A stretch of 64,000 nt of DNA. Origin: Mycobacteriales bacterium (GTDB taxonomy: Bacteria; Actinomycetota; Actinomycetes; JAFAQI01). Position 1 is the first letter of the stretch; the number at the start of each line of letters is the position of its first letter. A program made the position numbers and the translations under genes. The stretch spans positions 184,207 through 248,206 of the forward strand of contig DASZXY010000013.1 in the NCBI GenBank assembly GCA_035545635.1, written 5' to 3'. This document shows, piece by piece, positions 1-12,741 of this stretch. The notes beneath the pieces were generated by a model. The model was not told the origin of the DNA. It made no database searches and saw nothing but the letters and a program-made list of their open reading frames with translations.

Positions 1-360
1 TCGCGCCGGTCGAGATGGCGTCGGGCGAGCCCGCGTCGACCGCCGCGAGAAACGCGACGTCCGCTCCGTCGAGCTTCACGAGCGCCCAGGCGAACGGCTT
101 GTCGAGCGGCTGTCCCTTGGTGGGCTTGTCGTTCCAGGACCACGTGGTGACGACGCCGGTGTCGGCGACCTCGACGTACTCCGACAGGTCCTCGCTGGTC
201 ACCGGGTCGTAGTCGATCGCCGGAACGATCACCCGACCGTCCGCACCGCGGACGCCGACGAACTTCGCCTCACGCAGCCCGGTGAGGAAGGCGCCGATCG
301 CCGGACCGGTGGAGCGGGTGTAGGTGTACTCGACGAGGTGCGGGGCGGTCAGAACCTCGG

Positions 361-2953
<2,593 letters not shown>

Positions 2954-2960
2954 ACACCCC

Positions 2961-3008
2961 ACGAAATCGCTCCGCTTCGCTTCACGATTCCGCGGGGGCC
3001 CCGAAAGG
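2961..3008. repeat. Repeated spacer element R1 (ACGAAATCGCTCCGCT...CACGATTCCGCGGGGGCCCCGAAAGG)
   Basis: The 48-bp fadA5-echA spacer is near-identical to R2 (33837-33882) and shares its core with R3, R4 and R5. Confidence 0.7.
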
Positions 3009-3014
3009 ATTGTC

Positions 3015-3803
3015 TTGGCTCACCTTGATGTCGAACAGCAGGGTCATGTCCTCGTCCTGACGATGAACCGGCCGGAGGCGCGCAACGCGCTGTCGCCGGA
3101 CATGCTCGTCGGCCTCGCCGACGCATGGGACCGCATCGACGGCGACCCGGAGATCCGCGTCGCCGTACTCACGGGCGCAGGCGGCACGTTCTGCTCCGGC
3201 GCGGACCTCAAGGCGATGAACGCCTCCGGTACGACGTCGGAAGCCGCGCAGCGGATGAAGGAAGACGCCGGCATCCACTGGAAGGCACTGCTGCGCAGCC
3301 ACCGGCTGACCAAGCCACTGATCGCTGCGGTGGAAGGGTTCGCACTCGCCGGCGGCACCGAGATCTTGCAGGCGACGGACATCCGGGTCGCCGGCGAGAG
3401 TGCAGTCTTCGGGGTCACCGAGGTGACACGCGGCCTGTTCCCGCTCGGCGGCTCGACGGTCCGGTTGCGCCGTCAGATCGGCTTCACGAAGGCGATGGAG
3501 ATGCTGCTCATCGGCGAGCGCGTCTCGGCCGCGGAGGCCGAGCGGATCGGCCTGATCGGCCGCGTCGTACCTGACGGAGAAGCGCTCAAGCACGCTCTGG
3601 AGATCGCAGAGAAGATCGCGGCGAACGCACCGTTGTCGGTGCAGGCGGTGAAGCGCGCAGTGCAGGAGAGCGAGGGCCTCACCGAGGCCGAAGGCCTCGC
3701 GAAGGAGCTGGAGATCGGGGTCGCCATCTTCGGCACCAATGACGCGAAGGAAGGCACGCTCGCGTTCAAGGAGAAGCGCACGCCGAACTTCACGGGCACC
3801 TGA
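3015..3803 (+). CDS. echA19: Enoyl-CoA hydratase (crotonase), EchA19-like
   Basis: Crotonase motifs (LTMNRPEARNALS, GAGGTFCSGADL, AAVEGFALAGGTEIL). TTG start at 3015 preceded by an AAAGGA RBS. Confidence 0.8.
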   Translation: MAHLDVEQQGHVLVLTMNRPEARNALSPDMLVGLADAWDRIDGDPEIRVAVLTGAGGTFCSGADLKAMNASGTTSEAAQRMKEDAGIHWKALLRSHRLTKPLIAAVEGFALAGGTEILQATDIRVAGESAVFGVTEVTRGLFPLGGSTVRLRRQIGFTKAMEMLLIGERVSAAEAERIGLIGRVVPDGEALKHALEIAEKIAANAPLSVQAVKRAVQESEGLTEAEGLAKELEIGVAIFGTNDAKEGTLAFKEKRTPNFTGT

Positions 3804-4489
3804 TGCCCGTCGAAGGTTTCCTGCCCAAGGGCTACAAGGCACCTCGCGTCGATACCGCCGAGACTCGGCTCGCCGATGCGCTGCGACGGCTGATGGACGC
3901 CGCCGTCGTCACGGATGCCGACGATGCGGAGATGCTCGAAGTCGCGGCACGCCTCGACGCGATCTCCTCCCAGCTCGAGGGCGAAGACTGCGTGCGGCTC
4001 GCCCACGGCACCCGCTGGCCGAGCCGCGAGAAGATGATCCAGGGCGATCGCGACCACAACCCGATCGCCGGGCCCGCGAACCCGATGGCCCCGCCGATGC
4101 TCGTCACGGTGGGCGAGGACGACGAGGTCAGCGCCGAGCTGACGATGCGGCCGATCCACGAGGGGCCGCCCGGAGGCGTGCACGGCGGCTGGGTCGCCTC
4201 ACTGCTCGACCAGCTGCTCGGCATCGCTAACATCGCGTCCGGCAACCCGGCGATGACCGGCGAGCTGACGGTCCGCTACCGCCGGCCCACGCCAATCGGC
4301 GTGCCGCTCACGTTGCGAGCGCGCACTACGGCGGTCGACGGTCGACGGGTCGAGACAACGGGCGAGATCGTCGCCGACGGCGAGGTCACCGCGTCAGCAT
4401 TCGGTACGTTCGTGCGCCCGAACCGAGAGCGGTTGGACAAGCACGAGCAGATCGTCAAGGAGCGGATCGCCGCCAAGCAAGACGCGTAA
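3803..4489 (+). CDS. Hotdog-fold acyl-CoA thioesterase (PaaI/YbgC-like)
   Basis: 228 aa with a HGG...D hotdog thioesterase signature (GGVHGGWVASLLD). The start overlaps the echA stop. Confidence 0.65.
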   Translation: MPVEGFLPKGYKAPRVDTAETRLADALRRLMDAAVVTDADDAEMLEVAARLDAISSQLEGEDCVRLAHGTRWPSREKMIQGDRDHNPIAGPANPMAPPMLVTVGEDDEVSAELTMRPIHEGPPGGVHGGWVASLLDQLLGIANIASGNPAMTGELTVRYRRPTPIGVPLTLRARTTAVDGRRVETTGEIVADGEVTASAFGTFVRPNRERLDKHEQIVKERIAAKQDA

Positions 4490-4492
4490 TGA

Positions 4493-4699
4493 TCAGCGGG
4501 AGCTGACGACCACTCGCTCGAGGATCCGGCCGATCTTCTGTTCGACGTCATCCGGCGAGTCCGTCGAGTGCCACACGTCGGCGACCTCGTCGGCCGCGAT
4601 CTGGTACGTGAGAACGACCTCCAGCCACCCCATGAGCATCACCAGCCCGATCAGGCCAGGGACGAAGAGCAAGAACAGCAGCACCCACATCGAGCTCAT
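4493..4699 (-). CDS. Small hypothetical membrane protein
   Basis: 68-aa ORF with one strongly hydrophobic helix. No other support. Confidence 0.3.
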   Translation of the reverse strand: MSSMWVLLFLLFVPGLIGLVMLMGWLEVVLTYQIAADEVADVWHSTDSPDDVEQKIGRILERVVVSSR

Positions 4700-4757
4700 G
4701 GCTGCGGTCGCTCCACTCGTGGCATGACGGAGATGTATCCGGTTTGTCGAGAAACAA

Positions 4758-5516
4758 TCAGCGCGGGACGCGGTCGCCTCGCCAGCACCAGGTGCGCATC
4801 GGGAAGTCGATCTCCTCGGCGTCGCCGTACTGGTCGGTCAACAGCTCGCGCGCCCGGTCGAGGATCGCCGCCCGCTTCTCGGCGGTGGTCGTGATCACGC
4901 GACTGTACGTCGCGACCATGTCGACGGCATCGGACTGCGTCATTCGCCGGGTGAACGGAAACGACCGCCGCTCGATGCCCGTGAACCAGCGGTCACCGTC
5001 GTTCGTCACCTCGCGGCGGGTGCGGTGCTGGTCCTCGACCGCGTCCGCTGGCCGCTCCTCGCCGGGCGCCAAGTCGAGCTCACGCACCCACTCGAGCTCG
5101 CGATCGCGCGACGACCACAGCACGCCGAGGCGACCTCCGTCGCGAAGCACCCGGGCGATCTCCGGCAACGCGCGAGACTCGTCCAGCCAGTGCCAGGCGG
5201 AGGCGACGTAAAGCGCATCCGCGCTCGCGTCGGGAACCGGGATCGACTCCCCCGTGCCGTTGCGTACGTCGATCTCCGGCGACCGGTCGGCCAGGACGGC
5301 GCGCATCTGCGGGTCGGGCTCGACCGCGATCACGATGTCGACCCACTGTGCGAGAGCGCGTGTGAACAGTCCGGTGCCGGCCGCGACGTCGACCGCAACC
5401 TTGCACCCGTCAGGCACCAGCCAGTCGAGCGCCTCCGGCGGTGGGGTCGGGCGCAGCCGGTCGTAGTCCTCAGCGATCGCGCCGAAGGACAGCGCACGCT
5501 CTTCCTTGCTCGTCAC
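4758..5516 (-). CDS. Class I SAM-dependent methyltransferase
   Basis: SAM-binding motif I VAVDVAAGTGLFTRALA, 252 aa. Confidence 0.8.
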   Translation of the reverse strand: MTSKEERALSFGAIAEDYDRLRPTPPPEALDWLVPDGCKVAVDVAAGTGLFTRALAQWVDIVIAVEPDPQMRAVLADRSPEIDVRNGTGESIPVPDASADALYVASAWHWLDESRALPEIARVLRDGGRLGVLWSSRDRELEWVRELDLAPGEERPADAVEDQHRTRREVTNDGDRWFTGIERRSFPFTRRMTQSDAVDMVATYSRVITTTAEKRAAILDRARELLTDQYGDAEEIDFPMRTWCWRGDRVPR

Positions 5517-5539
5517 ACCTCAACCGTAGAGTCGGTCGG

Positions 5540-6136
5540 GTGCCTGTTTGCCGGAAGCCGCACGGCGCGACTCCGCCGAACCTTTCCACCGAGGCCCCTT
5601 CGACCGACGGCCTGGTCCTCGACGACGGCGACGCTTCCAGCCAGTGGCTGTCCGGCGTACGCGTGCTCGAGCTCGACCTCGATCGGCCACAGCTCGTCGA
5701 CCTGCGCCTCGATGAGTGCGACCTCTCTGCCATCACCGCCAACGGGTTCGGGATGCGCAGGGTCGCGATGCGGGGCACGAGGTTGCGGGGCGTGGCCCTT
5801 TCAAAAGGCCAGTACGACGACGGGCTGCTCGAGGACTGCACAACCGACGAGTTCTCCATGCGGTTCAGCGGCCTGCGCAACGTCGTGTTCCGCAACTGCG
5901 ACCTGACCGGCGCCGACTTCTACCAGGCCGGCTTCGACCACGTGACGTTCGAGGGCTGCCGGCTGCGCACGGCGCGCTTCCACGCTGTGTCGATCAAGTG
6001 CCTGCGGATCAGCAACTGTGACCTGAGCGGTGTCGTCGGCGCGCTCGACCTCAAGGGAGCGGTCGTCGACATCGCCGACTTGCCGAGCCTCGCGCCCTCG
6101 CTCGCCGGCGAGGTCGGCATCGAGCTGACGGATTGA
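5540..6136 (+). CDS. Pentapeptide-repeat protein
   Basis: Tandem pentapeptide repeats (NCDLTGADFYQAGFDHVTFEGCRLRTARFH...). A GTG at 5540 avoids overlapping the methyltransferase; the start is uncertain. Confidence 0.5.
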   Translation: MPVCRKPHGATPPNLSTEAPSTDGLVLDDGDASSQWLSGVRVLELDLDRPQLVDLRLDECDLSAITANGFGMRRVAMRGTRLRGVALSKGQYDDGLLEDCTTDEFSMRFSGLRNVVFRNCDLTGADFYQAGFDHVTFEGCRLRTARFHAVSIKCLRISNCDLSGVVGALDLKGAVVDIADLPSLAPSLAGEVGIELTD

Positions 6137-6406
6137 TCAGGCCGGGGGCGTGAGTCCCTCGATCAGCTTGCCGGGATCGATGTTGAGCGCCTCAGCCAGC
6201 TTGAGCAGGTTGTGCAACGACAGATTTCGGCGCCCACGTTCGACCTGACCGACGAAGGTCCAGTGCAAGCCGGCAAGGTCAGCAAGCGCCTCCTGGCTCA
6301 AGTCGAGCTCATGGCGGCGGGCACGCACCCGGTCGCCAAAGGTCGCAAGTGCGTCAGATGCGGGATCGGGCATGGTTGCCCAACCAAATAAGTCCCGACC
6401 AACCAC
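6137..6406 (-). CDS. XRE-family helix-turn-helix transcriptional regulator
   Basis: HTH_XRE signature LSQEALADLAGLHWTFVGQVERGRRNLSLHNLLKLAEAL. Confidence 0.75.
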   Translation of the reverse strand: MVGRDLFGWATMPDPASDALATFGDRVRARRHELDLSQEALADLAGLHWTFVGQVERGRRNLSLHNLLKLAEALNIDPGKLIEGLTPPA

Positions 6407-6531
6407 GACCAGAGCGTTTGGGTCTAGTGACTTTGAGTCCTAGTGCATCTGCACTGACGGGCTTTCAGAAACCGGGGGCGAGATATGGCAGGCTCTGATC
6501 CGCTCACCGGACGCGAAAGGGCTAGCAGGCC

Positions 6532-7512
6532 ATGCCGATCTCGATCATGCGCTTCAACTACGTGCTGCCCGGGCGCGATCCCGACCGTCTGTCCGAGATG
6601 TACGCGGCATCGATCGAGATGGCCGCGGTCGCCGACCGGGCCGGCTTCATGGCGATCTCGATGGAGGAGCACCACGGCGTCGACGACGGATGGAGCCCGG
6701 CGCCCCTGACGACCGCAGGCTTGATCCTCGGTCACACCAAGTACATCCGCGTGATGATCCAGGCGCTGCTCGTCCCCCTCAACGACCCGCTGCGGGTCGC
6801 GGAACAGGTCGCCGTACTCGACCTTGCCAGCGGCGGCAGGATCAACGTGGTCGCGGGGCTCGGCTACCGGCCGGAGGAGTACGAAGCCGCAGGTGTCGAC
6901 TGGAAGTCTCGCGGCAGGATCATGGACGAGTCGCTCGACGCGATCGTCGCGGCCTGGTCCGGCGAGGAGTTCGAGTACCGCGGCCGCAAGGTGCGCGTGA
7001 CTCCGACCCCCAAGAACCCGGCGAGCGCGATCCTGTTCGTCGGCGGCAGCGGCCGGCCGGCGGCCCGGCGTGCCGCGAGGCTCGGGCTTCCGCTCCTGCC
7101 TGCGGCACACCTGCCGGAGCTGCAGGCGTACTACCAGGAGGAGTGCGCCAACCACAACACGACTGGCTTCGTCATCATGCCGCCGGAGGAGACGAAGCTG
7201 ACGCTGCTGTCCAACGACCCGGACCGGGCGTGGGACGAGCTGGGCGAGCACCTGCTCCACGAGGCGAAGCAGTACCAGAGCTGGCAGACCCCCGACGTCC
7301 ATTCGGCGGTGTCGTCACACGCCTTTACGGTCGAGGAGCTCCGAGCCGAGGGCATCTACCGGATCATGAGCCCGGACGAGGCCGTCGAGTGGTGCCGGGC
7401 AAACGGCGAGTTCGCCACGATGGTGCTGCACCCGCTCTGCGGCGGCGTGCCGGTCGATCGCGGCTGGGAGACCCTGCGCCTCTACATCGACAAGGTGCTG
7501 CCAGCCCTCTAA
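6532..7512 (+). CDS. LLM-class flavin/F420-dependent oxidoreductase
   Basis: Luciferase-like monooxygenase fold, 326 aa. Confidence 0.8.
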   Translation: MPISIMRFNYVLPGRDPDRLSEMYAASIEMAAVADRAGFMAISMEEHHGVDDGWSPAPLTTAGLILGHTKYIRVMIQALLVPLNDPLRVAEQVAVLDLASGGRINVVAGLGYRPEEYEAAGVDWKSRGRIMDESLDAIVAAWSGEEFEYRGRKVRVTPTPKNPASAILFVGGSGRPAARRAARLGLPLLPAAHLPELQAYYQEECANHNTTGFVIMPPEETKLTLLSNDPDRAWDELGEHLLHEAKQYQSWQTPDVHSAVSSHAFTVEELRAEGIYRIMSPDEAVEWCRANGEFATMVLHPLCGGVPVDRGWETLRLYIDKVLPAL

Positions 7513-7562
7513 ACGCAGCATTGCCTGCACTGTGAGGGTGTGTCGCGGGTAGAACAGAGCGC

Positions 7563-8399
7563 ATGAGCGACGTACCCAGCATCCAGTTGAACAACGGCCG
7601 CCCGATCCCCCAGCTCGGATTCGGGGTGTTTCTCGTGCCGCCGGAGGAGACCGTGGCCGCGGTCACCGAGGCGTTGCGCGTCGGGTATCGCCACATCGAC
7701 ACCGCGGAGATGTACGGCAACGAGAAGGAAGTCGGTCAGGCGATTGCAGAGTCCGGTCTGCACCGCGACGACGTCTACATCACGAGCAAGCTCAACAACA
7801 GCTTCCACCTGCCCGACGACGCGCGCCGGGCCTTCGACGACACGCTCGCCGCACTCGGCATCGACCAGATCGACCTGTTCCTCATCCACTGGCCGCTGCC
7901 GACCCGGTACGGCGGCGACTTCATCTCGACGTGGAAGACGCTCGAGGAGTTCTACCGCGACGGACGCGCGCGCTCGATCGGCGTGTCGAACTTTCACGCG
8001 AATCATTTGAATCGGCTGTTCGCGGAGACCGAGATCGTTCCGGCGGTCAACCAGATCGAAGTCCATCCATATCTGGTGCAGGACGAGCTGCGGGCGTTCT
8101 GCGCCGACCACCAGATCGCGGTGGAGGCGTGGTCGCCGCTCGGGCGCGGCGCGGTGCTCGACGACCCGACGATTCGCGCGATCGCGAACCGCGTCGGCAA
8201 GACCACCGCACAGGTCGTGTTGCGGTGGGCGATCGAGCGCGGCGACATCATCTTCCCGAAGTCGACGCACCCCGAGCGGATGATCGAGAACTTCGACCTC
8301 TTCGACTTCACTCTCAACCCGGACGACGTCGCAGCGATCTCAGCGCTCAACCGCAACGAACGGGTCGGTCCCGACCCTGAGACGTTTGACCGCGTCTAG
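7563..8399 (+). CDS. Aldo/keto reductase (2,5-diketo-D-gluconate reductase-like)
   Basis: AKR motifs GFGVF...AEMYGNE...IHWP. A complete 278-aa AKR. Confidence 0.9.
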   Translation: MSDVPSIQLNNGRPIPQLGFGVFLVPPEETVAAVTEALRVGYRHIDTAEMYGNEKEVGQAIAESGLHRDDVYITSKLNNSFHLPDDARRAFDDTLAALGIDQIDLFLIHWPLPTRYGGDFISTWKTLEEFYRDGRARSIGVSNFHANHLNRLFAETEIVPAVNQIEVHPYLVQDELRAFCADHQIAVEAWSPLGRGAVLDDPTIRAIANRVGKTTAQVVLRWAIERGDIIFPKSTHPERMIENFDLFDFTLNPDDVAAISALNRNERVGPDPETFDRV

Positions 8400-8404
8400 C
8401 TCAG

Positions 8405-10063
8405 ATGTCGGGGGAAACGTTCGCCGACCTGCTGCTGCGGCGAGAGCACGACAAAGGCACCGCGTTGTGGTGCGAGGACGTCACGTGGTCGTGGGAGTGG
8501 CTGGTCTCGGAGTCCTACGAGCGTGCGCACCTGATGCTCGAGCGAAGGGACCCCGAACGACCGCACGTCGGCGTCCTGCTCGAGAACTCCCCGGAGTACG
8601 TCGCATGGATCTACGGCGCTGCGCTCGCGCGAATGACAGTGGTCGGCATCAACCCGACTCGTCGAGGCGCCGCGCTGCGTGACGACATCCGTCACACCGA
8701 CTGCGGGCTGATCGTCACCGACAGCGAGCGTTTGCCGCTGCTCGCCGATCTCGATCTCGGGATCGCCAGCGAGCGAACTGTGATCGTCGATGACCCGGAC
8801 TACGAGTACGACAGGAGCAGCGCGTGGGCAGGCGAGCTGCCGACCCCGCACCCGGAGGACCGGCTGCTGCTGCTGTTCACGTCTGGTTCGACCGGGGCGC
8901 CGAAAGCGGTCGTGTGCACCACCGGGCGGCTTGCTGCGATCGCTACCGGTGCCACGCAGAGCATCGGGATCAAAGGCGACGACGTGCTGTATCAGTCGAT
9001 GCCGATGTTCCACGGCAACGCGATCATGGCCAATCTCGCGCCCGCCGTCGCCCTCGGAGCACCGGTTGCCCTGCGTCGCCGGTTCTCCGCGTCGCAGTTC
9101 CTCAGCGACGTCCGGAAATACGACGCGACGTACTTCAACTACGTCGGTCGGTCCCTTGCCTACGTTCTGGCGACGCCCGAGCAACCCGATGACGGGCTCA
9201 ACTCGTTGCGGCTCGGTTTCGGCACCGAGGCCTCGCAGCGTGACCGCACCGAGTTCGAGCGTCGCTTCGGCTGTGCGCTGACCGAGTCGTACGGCTCAAG
9301 TGAAGGGGTCATCTCGACGTACCGGCCGCCCGGGACCCCGCCGAACTCGGTCGGCATCCCGCGACCCCGCCCCGGCTCGGATGTCGCAGTCGTGAACCCG
9401 GACACGAGCGAAGAATGCCCCACGGCGGATCTCGACGAAGACGGTCGCCTGATGAACGCCGCCGAGGCGATCGGCGAGATCGTCGACCGCGGTGGCGCAC
9501 CGGGATTCGAGGGCTACTACCGCAACGAGGAGGCGATGGCCTCGCGGCTGCGCGACGGCTGGTACTGGTCCGGCGATCTTGCCTACCGGGACGTCGAGGG
9601 CTACCTGTACTTCGCGGGTCGCAGCAACGACTGGCTGCGCGTCGACTCCGAGAACTTCGCGACGGGTCCCGTCGAGGCGATCCTGTTCCGGCACCCGGAC
9701 GTGATGATGGCCGCCGTCTACGCCACACCGGACCCGCGCACCGGCGACGAGGTCATGTGCGCGCTGGAGCTCAACGACGGTGCCGAGTTCGACGCCGACG
9801 GGTTCGGCAACTTCCTGAATGCCCAGCCGGATCTCGGAACCAAGTGGGCACCGCGATTTGTGCGAATCGTCGACGCGATGCCCCTCACCGCCACCAACAA
9901 GGTCAACAAAGCGCCACTACGGGCAGAGGGCTGGACGACCGGCGACGTGTATTGGCGGCCGTCCGCAGAGCTCAGATACCGGGCCTTCACCGTGGCGGAG
10001 CGCACAGCCCATCGCCAGGCATTCGCACTGCACGAACGCTCCCACCTGCTTCCAGCAATGTGA
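8405..10063 (+). CDS. fadD17: Acyl-CoA synthetase (AMP-binding), FadD17-like
   Basis: AMP-binding motif LLFTSGSTGAPKAV, plus RRFSASQFL, GFEGYY and SGDLAYRD. Strong similarity to FadD17 across the whole length. Confidence 0.85.
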   Translation: MSGETFADLLLRREHDKGTALWCEDVTWSWEWLVSESYERAHLMLERRDPERPHVGVLLENSPEYVAWIYGAALARMTVVGINPTRRGAALRDDIRHTDCGLIVTDSERLPLLADLDLGIASERTVIVDDPDYEYDRSSAWAGELPTPHPEDRLLLLFTSGSTGAPKAVVCTTGRLAAIATGATQSIGIKGDDVLYQSMPMFHGNAIMANLAPAVALGAPVALRRRFSASQFLSDVRKYDATYFNYVGRSLAYVLATPEQPDDGLNSLRLGFGTEASQRDRTEFERRFGCALTESYGSSEGVISTYRPPGTPPNSVGIPRPRPGSDVAVVNPDTSEECPTADLDEDGRLMNAAEAIGEIVDRGGAPGFEGYYRNEEAMASRLRDGWYWSGDLAYRDVEGYLYFAGRSNDWLRVDSENFATGPVEAILFRHPDVMMAAVYATPDPRTGDEVMCALELNDGAEFDADGFGNFLNAQPDLGTKWAPRFVRIVDAMPLTATNKVNKAPLRAEGWTTGDVYWRPSAELRYRAFTVAERTAHRQAFALHERSHLLPAM

Positions 10064-10075
10064 CATTGCTGGGAG

Positions 10076-11065
10076 CTAACGGCCGCGGAGCGGGAGGCCG
10101 GCTTTTCGGTAGACGTCGTCGATCACCCGCATGGTGCGGATCGCATCCTCGGGCGCTGTCAACACCGGGCCGCCCTCGCGGACGGCGGCGATGAACGCCT
10201 TCAGCTGGTAGTCGTACGTCGCCTCCCCACGGATCCGCTCTGTCGTCTTTCGGCCGTCGACGTTCAGGGTGAACCGGTTGTAGTGCTGTGGCGCGATGAA
10301 GTTCAGCACCTTCATCGTGCCCCGGGTACCGGAGACGCTGACCGAGAACTGAAGCAGCTTGCTCGACCACATCGACGTCGTCGTGCTGCCGGTCGAGCCG
10401 TCTGCGAACGAGTACTTCACCGACATCGCACGGTCGATGTCCGGCGTATGCAGCAACGCCTTTGCCGACTCGACGGTCGGCTCGCTGGTGCCGAGCAGCC
10501 GCAGCACGTGCACCGCGTAGCAGCAGTCCATCGACGCGCCGCCGCCGAGCGGATACGAGTAGCGGATGTCGGAGAACTTCGGCAGCGGGAAGCACATCGC
10601 GACATGGACGTGTTGGACATCGCCGAGCTGTCCGCCGTGCACCACGGTCCGCATCCGTTCCGCGAGCGGGTGATAGCGGTAGTGGTAGGCCTCCATCACG
10701 ACCAGACCCGACTTCTTCGCCGCGTCGGCAACGACCTGCGCCTCGGCCTCGTTCGAGGTGAAGGGCTTCTCGCACAGCACGTGCTTGCCCGCCTCGAGCG
10801 CTTTGACCGTCCACTCGGCGTGCAGCGCATTCGGTAGCGGGTTGTAGATCGCCTCTAGGGAGTCGTCGGCGAGCAGATCGTCGTACGACGCATGAACCGT
10901 CTCGATGCCGTGCTTCTTCGCGTGCGCCGCAGCGCGCCGCGGGTCACGCGCCGCAACCGCAGCCACGACAGCGCCCGGCACGCGCCTCGCCGGGCGCGCG
11001 AGCGCCATCGGCGTTATCCGTGCCGCGCCGAGCACACCGATTCGAAGGTCTGTCATGTCCCCCAC
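10076..11065 (-). CDS. Gfo/Idh/MocA-family NAD(P)-dependent oxidoreductase
   Basis: N-terminal Rossmann LRIGVLGAARI, C-terminal GFOR domain. Confidence 0.85.
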   Translation of the reverse strand: MGDMTDLRIGVLGAARITPMALARPARRVPGAVVAAVAARDPRRAAAHAKKHGIETVHASYDDLLADDSLEAIYNPLPNALHAEWTVKALEAGKHVLCEKPFTSNEAEAQVVADAAKKSGLVVMEAYHYRYHPLAERMRTVVHGGQLGDVQHVHVAMCFPLPKFSDIRYSYPLGGGASMDCCYAVHVLRLLGTSEPTVESAKALLHTPDIDRAMSVKYSFADGSTGSTTTSMWSSKLLQFSVSVSGTRGTMKVLNFIAPQHYNRFTLNVDGRKTTERIRGEATYDYQLKAFIAAVREGGPVLTAPEDAIRTMRVIDDVYRKAGLPLRGR

Positions 11066-11895
11066 ACCGCCTTGACCTGCTCCACGTGCGCTGCCGCCTG
11101 CGCGCGTCCCGCCAGCGCCGCCGGTCGCGCGGTCGCGGGATCCAGCGGGTTCAACCCGATCGCCTCCATCGAGGCCTCATTGGCGATGATCGTGACCACG
11201 GACGCCGTCGTGCGCACGAGTTCCTCGGCAAGGTCGACGTCAGCGGCCGGGAGCACCGACATCAGGGTGGGACTGATCACGATCACCGGGTCGCAACCGG
11301 CTGCGAGGTCGAGGTTGATCGTCGAGCGCATCCCACCGTCGATGTAGCGGCTGTCACCGATGGTGACCGGCGGCCAGATTCCCGGAACGGCGCAGCTCGC
11401 AGCCACCGCATCGACCAGCTCGACGCCGTCGGCGTTGGTGAAGGTTCGCGGCTCCCCGCTGTTCGCGTCGATCGCGATGATCCGAAGGTCGCGGTCCGGC
11501 CAGTTGCGGTTGGGAAGCCGTCGCTCGATCACCGCACGACGTACCGGCTCGTCGACGGTCTTCGCGCGCAACGAGTACTCCCCCAGCTTCCGATATGTCG
11601 GACGACCGGGTTTCGCGCCGGTGAGCGCCGCACCGAACTCCCGCATCATCACTTGCGGGTCGAACTCCGCGGCGATCTCGCTGACCAGCAGGTCCGACGA
11701 AAGCTGCCGCGCGTAGAGGTCGTTGAGGGGCGTCCCGCTGAGCACCTGCGCCGCAACCGCCGACCCTGCTGAGGTGCCGACGACCCGGTCCGCGGTCGTG
11801 AGATCGAGGCCTGCGTCGTACAAGCCCTTGAGCACGCCGAGCTCCCAAGCGATCCCGGCGACACCTCCGCCGCCCAGAACCAGAGCTCTTCTCAC
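11053..11895 (-). CDS. Patatin-like phospholipase
   Basis: Oxyanion GGGGVAG and nucleophile GTSAG motifs. I take the start at the GTG at 11895, which forms a GTGA overlap with the upstream LLM stop. The track ORF up to 12276 would read through the whole upstream gene in another frame. Confidence 0.8.
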   Translation of the reverse strand: MRRALVLGGGGVAGIAWELGVLKGLYDAGLDLTTADRVVGTSAGSAVAAQVLSGTPLNDLYARQLSSDLLVSEIAAEFDPQVMMREFGAALTGAKPGRPTYRKLGEYSLRAKTVDEPVRRAVIERRLPNRNWPDRDLRIIAIDANSGEPRTFTNADGVELVDAVAASCAVPGIWPPVTIGDSRYIDGGMRSTINLDLAAGCDPVIVISPTLMSVLPAADVDLAEELVRTTASVVTIIANEASMEAIGLNPLDPATARPAALAGRAQAAAHVEQVKAVWGT

Positions 11896-12713
11896 GCCGA
11901 AACCAATCCAGCCCACTCGCGCAGCGTCGGCAGCGCATCGGTGTGCGGCGGCAGGATCAGGATGCAGCGCTCGAGCCCGATCTCCGCGTAGTGGCCGAGC
12001 ACGGCCGCGTCGGGACGTACGGCGTGCAACGTGACCGCCGGCTCCGGCTTTCCGACCTCCGCGGCGTAGTCGCGAAGCTCGGTAAGCCGCTCGCCGATCT
12101 TTCGCTTCGACGGCATCGGCATCCAGCTCGTGCCGTACTCCACCGCGTGGCGCATCGAGAGCTTGCTGCTGCCGCCGACCAGGACCGGCATCGGCCTCTG
12201 CACCGGTTTCGGCCACTGCCAGGACGGCGACACCTTCGCGTACTGCCCGTCGTAGGACGCGACGTCGTTCTCCCACAGCGACTGCATCAGCTTCACCCGG
12301 TCGCGAAGGACGTCCCAGCGGTCGGCGTAGTCGACGCCGTGGTCAGCCATCTCCTCGGCGTTCCACCCGGCTCCGACGCCGAAAAGGAAGCGTCCGCCGG
12401 AGATCAGATCGAGCGACGCGACCTCCTTCGCGCACACGATCGGATCACGCTCGATCGGCAAGCAGATGCCGGTGCCGAGCTTCAACCGCTCGGTGACGGC
12501 CGCGGCAGCTGCGAGGGTCACGAACGGGTCGAGCGTGTGTGCGTACTCCTCTGGTAGCTCGCCGCCGTTCGGGTACGGCGTCGCACGCGACACCGGGATG
12601 TGGGTGTGCTCGGCAACCCAGAGGCTCTCGAAGCCGGCGTCCTCGGCAGCCCGCGCGACATCGCGGATGTCGTTGGTGAGGTCCGTCGCAAACAGCGAGA
12701 TGCCGAGATGCAA
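11892..12713 (-). CDS. LLM-class F420-dependent oxidoreductase
   Basis: Luciferase-like fold, MHLGISLFATD..., 273 aa. Confidence 0.85.
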   Translation of the reverse strand: MHLGISLFATDLTNDIRDVARAAEDAGFESLWVAEHTHIPVSRATPYPNGGELPEEYAHTLDPFVTLAAAAAVTERLKLGTGICLPIERDPIVCAKEVASLDLISGGRFLFGVGAGWNAEEMADHGVDYADRWDVLRDRVKLMQSLWENDVASYDGQYAKVSPSWQWPKPVQRPMPVLVGGSSKLSMRHAVEYGTSWMPMPSKRKIGERLTELRDYAAEVGKPEPAVTLHAVRPDAAVLGHYAEIGLERCILILPPHTDALPTLREWAGLVSA

Positions 12714-12741
12714 GATGCCGTCCTCAGTCGAGCGTGATGGC

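Noticed and set aside
7513-7562. TAGAACAGAGCGC upstream of the aldo/keto reductase as a possible KstR half-site
   Set aside because: Only one half-site (TAGAAC). There is no matching GTTCTA partner at the right spacing.
8396-9184. 262-aa minus-strand ORF inside fadD17
   Set aside because: Antisense shadow ORF. The plus-strand ligase has full-length family similarity.
11896-12276. N-terminal 127 codons of the patatin ORF
   Set aside because: They overlap the entire LLM gene 11892..12713 in another frame and are Arg/Ala-rich junk. A GTG at 11895 gives a canonical patatin.
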